From an uncultured delta proteobacterium (lineage in GTDB: Bacteria; Desulfobacterota; WTBG01), in contig CAWCBP010000006.1 in the NCBI GenBank assembly GCA_963793865.1, positions 160,001 through 224,000 of the forward strand: a stretch of DNA of 64,000 nucleotides, given 5' to 3'. The notes beneath the pieces are model-generated. The model had not been told where the DNA came from, did not search any database, and was given only the letters and a program-made list of their open reading frames with translations. Shown here in pieces: positions 58,283 to 64,000 of the stretch (position 1 is the first letter of the stretch; each line of letters starts with the position of its first letter). Made by a program: the position numbers and the translations under genes.

Positions 58283-60202
58283 ATGGCAAAAGCGATCGGG
58301 ATTGATTTGGGAACAACCAACTCCGTTGTGGCGGTTATGGAAGGCGGAGAGCCGAAGGTTATAATAAACGAGGAAGGAAGCCGATTAACCCCGTCGGTGG
58401 TGGCGTTTACCAAGGATGGGGAAATCCTGGTGGGACAGGTGGCCAAAAGGCAGGCGGTGACCAACCCCGAAAATACTGTTTTTTCCATCAAGCGTTTTAT
58501 GGGAAGAAAGTATGACGAGGTTAACGAAGAGATGAAAATGGTTCCCTATAAGGTCGTGCGTTCGGACAACGGTGATGCCCGCGTCGACATCATGGGAAAA
58601 CAGTATTCACCGCCGGAAATCTCCGCCAAGATACTGCAGAAGCTTAAAAAATCGGCGGAGGCCTATCTGGGAACCGAGGTCAAGGACGCGGTGGTTACCG
58701 TGCCCGCGTATTTTAATGACAGCCAGAGACAGGCCACCAAGGATGCGGGGACCATTGCCGGTCTCAATGTTTTGCGGATCATCAACGAGCCTACCGCCTC
58801 GGCCCTTGCCTACGGGCTGGATAAGAAGAAGGATGAGCGCATCGCCGTGTATGATTTCGGCGGCGGCACCTTCGATATATCCATTCTCGAGGTGGGCGAC
58901 AATGTGGTGGAGGTCAAGTCGACCAACGGGGATACCCATCTGGGCGGCGACAACATGGACCAGCGGATTATCGACTGGCTGGTGGCGGAGTTTAAGAAGG
59001 ACCAGGGCATTGACCTGAGCAAGGACAGGATGGCTTTGCAGCGGCTGAAGGAGGCCGCGGAAAAGGCGAAAATAGAGCTTTCCAGCACCCTGGAGACGGA
59101 TATCAACCTTCCCTTCGTCACCGCCGACGCATCCGGCCCCAAGCACCTCAATGTGAAGCTCAGCCGGGCGAAGTTTGAGCAGATGGTGGAGGACATCATT
59201 GAAGCGTCCCGCCGCCCTTGCGACATCGCCCTCAAGGATTCCAAGCTGCAGAAGTCCGAAATCAACGAGGTGGTTCTGGTGGGCGGGTCGACGCGGGTGC
59301 CCAAGGTGCAGGACCTGACCCGACGGCTGTTTGAGAAGGAGCCGCACAAGGGCGTCAATCCCGATGAGGTGGTGGCGCTGGGGGCGGCTGTGCAGGCGGG
59401 TGTGCTTGCGGGCGAAGTAAAGGACGTGCTGCTGCTGGACGTGACCCCGCTGACCCTGGGCATCGAGACCCTGGGGGGCGTGCGCACAAGGCTGATTGAA
59501 AAGAACACCACCATTCCCACCCGGAAGAGCGAGATTTTCACCACCGCGGCGGACGGGCAGACGAGCGTTGAAATCCACGTCCTGCAGGGCGAGCGTGAAA
59601 TGGCCCGGGACAACCGGACGCTGGGAAAATTCCAGCTGATCGGCATTCCTGCGGCCCCGCGCGGCATCCCCCAGGTGGAGGTGACCTTTGACATCGACGC
59701 CAACGGCATCGTCAATGTTTCCGCAAAAGACCTGGGGACGGGCAAGGAACAGAAAATTACCATAACCGCCTCCAGCGGACTATCCGACGATGAAATCAAG
59801 AACATGGTCAAGGATGCCGAGCTGCATGCTGAAGAAGACAGGAAGAAAAAGGAGGAAGTTGAGGTACGCAATCAGGCCGACAATCTGATGTATCAAACCG
59901 AAAAGGTACTCAAGGAGAACAGGGAGAAGCTCTCGGAGAGCGACATCAGGGCGGTCGAGGATGCCCTTAAGGATACCAAAGCGGCCGTGGAAAGCGGGAA
60001 CAGCTCCGCCATAAAGGAAAAAATGGAGATACTCACCAAGGCGTCTCACCACATGGCGGAGGCAATGTACAAGGCCCAGTCGCAGCAGCAGGGGGCGGGC
60101 GCGCAACCTCCTCCGGGCGGCGGCGAGCCGGGCGCCGGCAGTGACAGCAGCCGGCGCGATGACGACGTTGTGGACGCGGAATTTGAAGATACGGGCAAGT
60201 AG
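58283..60202 (+). CDS. dnaK: Chaperone DnaK (Hsp70)
   Basis: [32 protein letters not shown]-terminal VVDAEFE. Confidence 0.98.
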   Translation: MAKAIGIDLGTTNSVVAVMEGGEPKVIINEEGSRLTPSVVAFTKDGEILVGQVAKRQAVTNPENTVFSIKRFMGRKYDEVNEEMKMVPYKVVRSDNGDARVDIMGKQYSPPEISAKILQKLKKSAEAYLGTEVKDAVVTVPAYFNDSQRQATKDAGTIAGLNVLRIINEPTASALAYGLDKKKDERIAVYDFGGGTFDISILEVGDNVVEVKSTNGDTHLGGDNMDQRIIDWLVAEFKKDQGIDLSKDRMALQRLKEAAEKAKIELSSTLETDINLPFVTADASGPKHLNVKLSRAKFEQMVEDIIEASRRPCDIALKDSKLQKSEINEVVLVGGSTRVPKVQDLTRRLFEKEPHKGVNPDEVVALGAAVQAGVLAGEVKDVLLLDVTPLTLGIETLGGVRTRLIEKNTTIPTRKSEIFTTAADGQTSVEIHVLQGEREMARDNRTLGKFQLIGIPAAPRGIPQVEVTFDIDANGIVNVSAKDLGTGKEQKITITASSGLSDDEIKNMVKDAELHAEEDRKKKEEVEVRNQADNLMYQTEKVLKENREKLSESDIRAVEDALKDTKAAVESGNSSAIKEKMEILTKASHHMAEAMYKAQSQQQGAGAQPPPGGGEPGAGSDSSRRDDDVVDAEFEDTGK

Positions 60203-60310
60203 CGTCGCGGCAGGTCACATTTCAGAAACGCCCGGAAGCCCGACCTTCCCTGCCTGAAGGTAGGGGGGTGCGGATCCGGGTGTTCTTCACCTAGAGTGGT
60301 CCGGAGTTTG

Positions 60311-60907
60311 ATGTTAAGTTCAACGGTTAAACATCGTCTGGAACAGCCCTTATCGAGGCTGATCAGATTTTTTTTCAGAAATACCAGCCTTAATCCCACC
60401 TATTTTACCCTTCTCGGTTTGTGCGTTAATATCCTGGCAGCCGCCGCGTTTGTCGGCGGCAGGTGGGTGCTGGCCGGCGTGCTGGTGCTCTCGGCCGGAT
60501 TGTGCGACATGCTGGACGGCGCGGTTGCCCGCACCTTTAACCGGGTGACGCGTTTCGGCGGGTTTCTGGATTCGGTCATCGACCGCTACTCGGACCTGGC
60601 GCTGCTGATCGGGCTGATTATTTATTACGCGGCCCACCAGAACATGCAGCTTCTGCTCTTGACCGCGGTTGTTTCCATAGGAACTATTTTAGTGCCTTAC
60701 GCCCGGGCCCGGGCAGAGAATTTTATTCCGCGCTGTGACGTTGGGATCATGGAACGTGCGGAGCGGATCATTTTATTGGCGCTAGGAGCCATTTTCCAGG
60801 ATCTCCTGCATCTGATGCCCATAGTGTTATGGGTTTTGGCAATATTTACCCACCTCACCGTTTTTCACCGCATCTACTATACCTGGAAGGAAGCACAAAA
60901 GCTGTAG
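60311..60907 (+). CDS. CDP-alcohol phosphatidyltransferase (PIP-synthase-like subgroup)
   Basis: DMLDGAVAR...GGFLDSVIDR signature; YARARAE...VGIMERAER. Confidence 0.88.
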   Translation: MLSSTVKHRLEQPLSRLIRFFFRNTSLNPTYFTLLGLCVNILAAAAFVGGRWVLAGVLVLSAGLCDMLDGAVARTFNRVTRFGGFLDSVIDRYSDLALLIGLIIYYAAHQNMQLLLLTAVVSIGTILVPYARARAENFIPRCDVGIMERAERIILLALGAIFQDLLHLMPIVLWVLAIFTHLTVFHRIYYTWKEAQKL

Positions 60908-61177
60908 CGCCGCCGGGGAAGGTGCGAATTGCGGGTGGCGGAATCCCGCGGCTGTGAACGGCGCTCCCGGCGGGAAAAGATTCTCAAGTTTTGGCCCGCG
61001 GCGTTCGATTATGAGATGAGAGCCGGTGGAGTTTTGCATAACCGATTTGAAAAACACGCCAGTATCTGTTATGATTAGGAAAACCTGCAGCGCACGTTTT
61101 TGTGCCGCAGAACCGGGGCGGGCGGCGAACGTCATCGGTATTATTCAACGCTTCATATTTGTACACAGGGTGCTTCG

Positions 61178-63450
61178 GTGATTGATTTAGGTAATTACAA
61201 GGATTACTTTTCGGAAAAGGTCGGGCAGATATTGACCGCTGCCATCGAGGAGTCTAAAAAGAGGCAGCACGGGCACCTGGGCGTCGAGCATCTCTTTCTG
61301 GCCTTCAGCCGTGTCGAGGAGCCGCTCTTCCAGGAGATCCTCTTCGATCTCGCCCTGGAGCCCGGCACGGTCATACGGCAGCTGGAGCATTATCTTGCCT
61401 CCTCGGTTGAGTACCTGGGCGTGGGCGTGCATGTTACCGCGGCCACCAAGAATATTCTGCGCCTGGCGTGGAAGGAGGCGCAGCATTTCGGAAGAAAGCT
61501 GATCGATTCAAGCGACCTGTTCATCGCCTTTTTCCAGGACCCGGAGACCGTGCCCGCCCGTATTTTCAGCGAGCTGGGCGTGGACAGCACGCGGGTGATA
61601 CAGACGGTCACCGTCAAGGCGCGCCTCCTGGCGGAGGAGAAGGAAAAATACAAGAAGAAGTTCGAGCTTCCCACCCACCTGAAATATTTCGGCGTCAATT
61701 TGAACAAGCTCGCCCGCTGGGGCAAGCTGCCCGCGTTTATCGGCAGGGAAAAGGAAATCAACCAGATGATTGAAATACTCTGCCACCGCCACACCTCCAA
61801 CTCGGTGATGATCATCGGCGAGCCGGGCGTGGGCAAGACGGCGCTGGTTGAAGGCCTGGCGAAAAAGCTGGAGCTGGAGCCGGAAACGGTTCCCGCACGG
61901 CTGCGGAACCACCAGATCGTGAACCTGCAGATGAACTCCATCGTTGCCGGCACCATGTTCCGGGGCATGTTCGAAGACCGGATTGAAAAAATCATCAATG
62001 AGCTCAAGGAGGCCAGGAATCTCATCCTCTTTGTTGACGAGGCCCACACCATCATCGGGGCGGGGTCGGCCCTGGGGGTCAATGCGGACGCGGCCAACAT
62101 TTTTAAGTCCACCCTGGCCCGGGGCGAGGTTCAGATCATCGGCGCGACGACGGCGGCCGAGTTTAAGATTTACATCCAGGAGGATGAGGCTTTGGCGCGG
62201 CGCTTCAGGGTCATCGATCTCAAGGAATCATCGCTTGACGACACCCGGGAGATCCTGCAGGGGGTGCGCGGCCGCCTGGAGCGGAATTACAGCGTGCGCA
62301 TATCCGATGAGGCCCTGGAAACGGCGCTCGAGCTCTCCCCCGGTACATGCATTCATTGCGGCTGCCGGACAAGCCCATCACCTGGCTCGACACCTCCTGC
62401 GTCAAGGTGGAGATCAACCGCCCCAGTGACTGCGTGCGGCCCGGGGATGTCATCGAGGTTGTCTCCCAGACGGCGCGGGTGCCGCTGGACATGGTATACC
62501 GGGACACCACCGAGCGCTTCAGCTCCATGGAGGATGCCCTGGCAAGCCGGGTGGTGGGACAGAAAGAGGCCATCAACTCCCTGTCAAAATATCTCCGCCT
62601 GAACAAGGGACCGCTCAAGGAGAAGCCGGAGCGGCCCGACGGGGTGCTGCTCTTCCTGGGGCCGACCGGGGTGGGAAAGACCGAGCTGGCCAAGGCCCTG
62701 GCCGAGTTTCTCTTCGGCGACGAGAAAAAGATGATCCGGCTGGACATGTCCGAGTACAAGGACTCCACGGTCGCCGTGGACAAGCTCATCGGCATGCCGC
62801 GCGGAATCGTGGGATCGGAGCGGGGGGGCGTGCTGACCAACCAGATCAGGGACAATCCCTATACGATTGTGCTGCTCGATGAGGTTGAGAAGGCCAACCC
62901 CTATGTCCTGAACCTCTTCCTGCAGGTCTTCGATGAAGGGTGGCTGACCGACGGCAGGGGCAAGCGGGTTTATTTCAGCGACGCGGTGATCATCATGACC
63001 TCGAATCTCGGGTCCGATGAGTTTAAAAATCTGACCAAGCCCATGGGCTTTCTGACCGACAGCCAGGCGGTTCTCACCGTCAAGCGCGCGGTGATGAAAG
63101 AGGTTGAAAACACCTTTTCACCTGAATTTCTGAACCGCATTGATGACATCATTGTCTTCTCGCCCCTGACCAGGGACGAGGTCAAAGCCATCGCCGGAAT
63201 GTACCTGGAGCGGATCAATGCTCAAATGAGGGCCAAGGGGAAATCGGTGACGGTTACCGAGGAGGCCCTCGACCACCTGGTTGATTGCGGGTACAGCTCG
63301 AAATACGGGGCGCGATTTCTCAAGCGCACCATAGACGATAAAGTGAAAATAGAACTTACCCTCAAGTGGAAGCAGGGGAATGAGTTCCTGGTGGACATGC
63401 GGGACGGCATCCTCTGGGTGGAGAGCATGGAAGGAATGGCCCTGGTGTGA
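61178..63450 (+). CDS. ClpA/ClpC-like two-AAA+ ATPase (about 757 aa); 1-nt frameshift in the C-run at 62337-62341
   Basis: Clp-N (EHLFLA), GEPGVGKT, LFVDEAH, RY...RLPDK, GPTGVGKT, LLDEVEKA, MTSNLG, PEFLNRID, GAR. Confidence 0.9.
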
Positions 63451-63474
63451 GGGCCTGGACGGGGAGCAGCGATC

Positions 63475-63894
63475 ATGGCCGAAGAAAAAGAAGAAAAGGG
63501 ATTTGTGATCAAGGATAAGCGGATGTTTACCGCGGAGGGCGAGGTAAACAGGGAAAAGGAATCCGCCCCGGTGGATGCAAAGGAGGCCGGTGAGGCGGGG
63601 GGCGGGAAATCAGCGGAGGAGCGGAAGGGAAAAACCGTTCCCCTGCCTGAGGTTGACTTTGCCTCCTTTGTGTTGACCCTGAGCAGCTCCGCCCTGTTTC
63701 ATTTCGGCGAATTTCCCGACCCGGTGAGCGGAAAGCGCGAGCGGAACCTGGAGATGGCAAAGCAGACCATTGACATTCTCGGCGTTTTAAGGGACAAGAC
63801 CCGGGGAAATCTGAGCAATGATGAAGCGCAGCTCATGGAGAGCCTGCTGCACGACCTGCGCATCAAGTATGTGGAGGAGTGCAAGAAGGGATAG
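63475..63894 (+). CDS. DUF1844 family protein
   Basis: F.IKDKR, PEVDF..F..L...A...G, AKQTID.L..L..KT.GNL. Confidence 0.85.
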   Translation: MAEEKEEKGFVIKDKRMFTAEGEVNREKESAPVDAKEAGEAGGGKSAEERKGKTVPLPEVDFASFVLTLSSSALFHFGEFPDPVSGKRERNLEMAKQTIDILGVLRDKTRGNLSNDEAQLMESLLHDLRIKYVEECKKG

Positions 63895-63931
63895 CCCTCA
63901 AGAGGGGAAATTTTTTAAGATGTCATACTTG

Positions 63932-63958
63932 AAGTACCCCGCAGGGGTACTTTTTTTT
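63932..63958 (+). terminator. Rho-independent terminator
   Basis: AAGTACCCC-GCA-GGGGTACTT followed by a T-run. Confidence 0.85.
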
Positions 63959-64000
63959 GCATTCGGATCAGGAGCGTGCGAGATCAATGGTGCAGCGCTT

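Noticed and set aside
58607..59871. Long antisense ORFs (323 and 353 aa) opposite dnaK
   Set aside because: Shadow ORFs produced by codon bias on the dnaK antisense strand; no independent motifs.
60908..60980. Cobalamin-riboswitch-like words (GGGAA-GGTG...CTGTGA) upstream of the Clp gene
   Set aside because: Spacing and the B12 box do not fit; better explained as a GC-rich hairpin after the upstream gene.
27925..63450. Calling dapL, ruvX, mltG and the Clp ATPase true pseudogenes or programmed frameshifts
   Set aside because: Each has a single indel with otherwise intact motifs and no canonical slippery heptamer; sequencing error is more parsimonious, though unproven without reads.

Overview
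GC-rich bacterial chromosome segment whose gene order and content suggest an anaerobic deltaproteobacterium (Desulfobacterota-like; inference). Most of it is housekeeping: yceD-rpmF-fab-rpiB-nrdR-rib-nusB, recJ, greA, rsmD-coaD-tolQRAB-pal-cpoB, dapB-dapL-folK-transaldolase, ruvX-mltG, fmt-rpe, radical SAM-rng-rplU-rpsF-ssb-like-rpsR-rplI-dnaB, dnaK and a Clp ATPase. No rRNA, tRNA, CRISPR array, prophage or transposase was recognised. The most notable items are: (1) a self-contained hdrC-hdrB-fdh operon whose formate dehydrogenase reads through a UGA selenocysteine codon with a SECIS hairpin, and which has no HdrA or FDH beta subunit; (2) an acyl-CoA dehydrogenase inserted between fabH and fabD; (3) a ClpA-like ATPase with non-canonical pore loops; (4) a QueG-like enzyme missing QueG signature motifs; (5) a tail-less SSB/PriB-like gene; (6) four single-base frameshifts in core genes, each repairable at a CCGG site, probably sequencing errors and possibly methylation-linked; (7) several families of REP/MITE-like intergenic repeats. 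All calls come from motif recognition by eye; no database searches were run.
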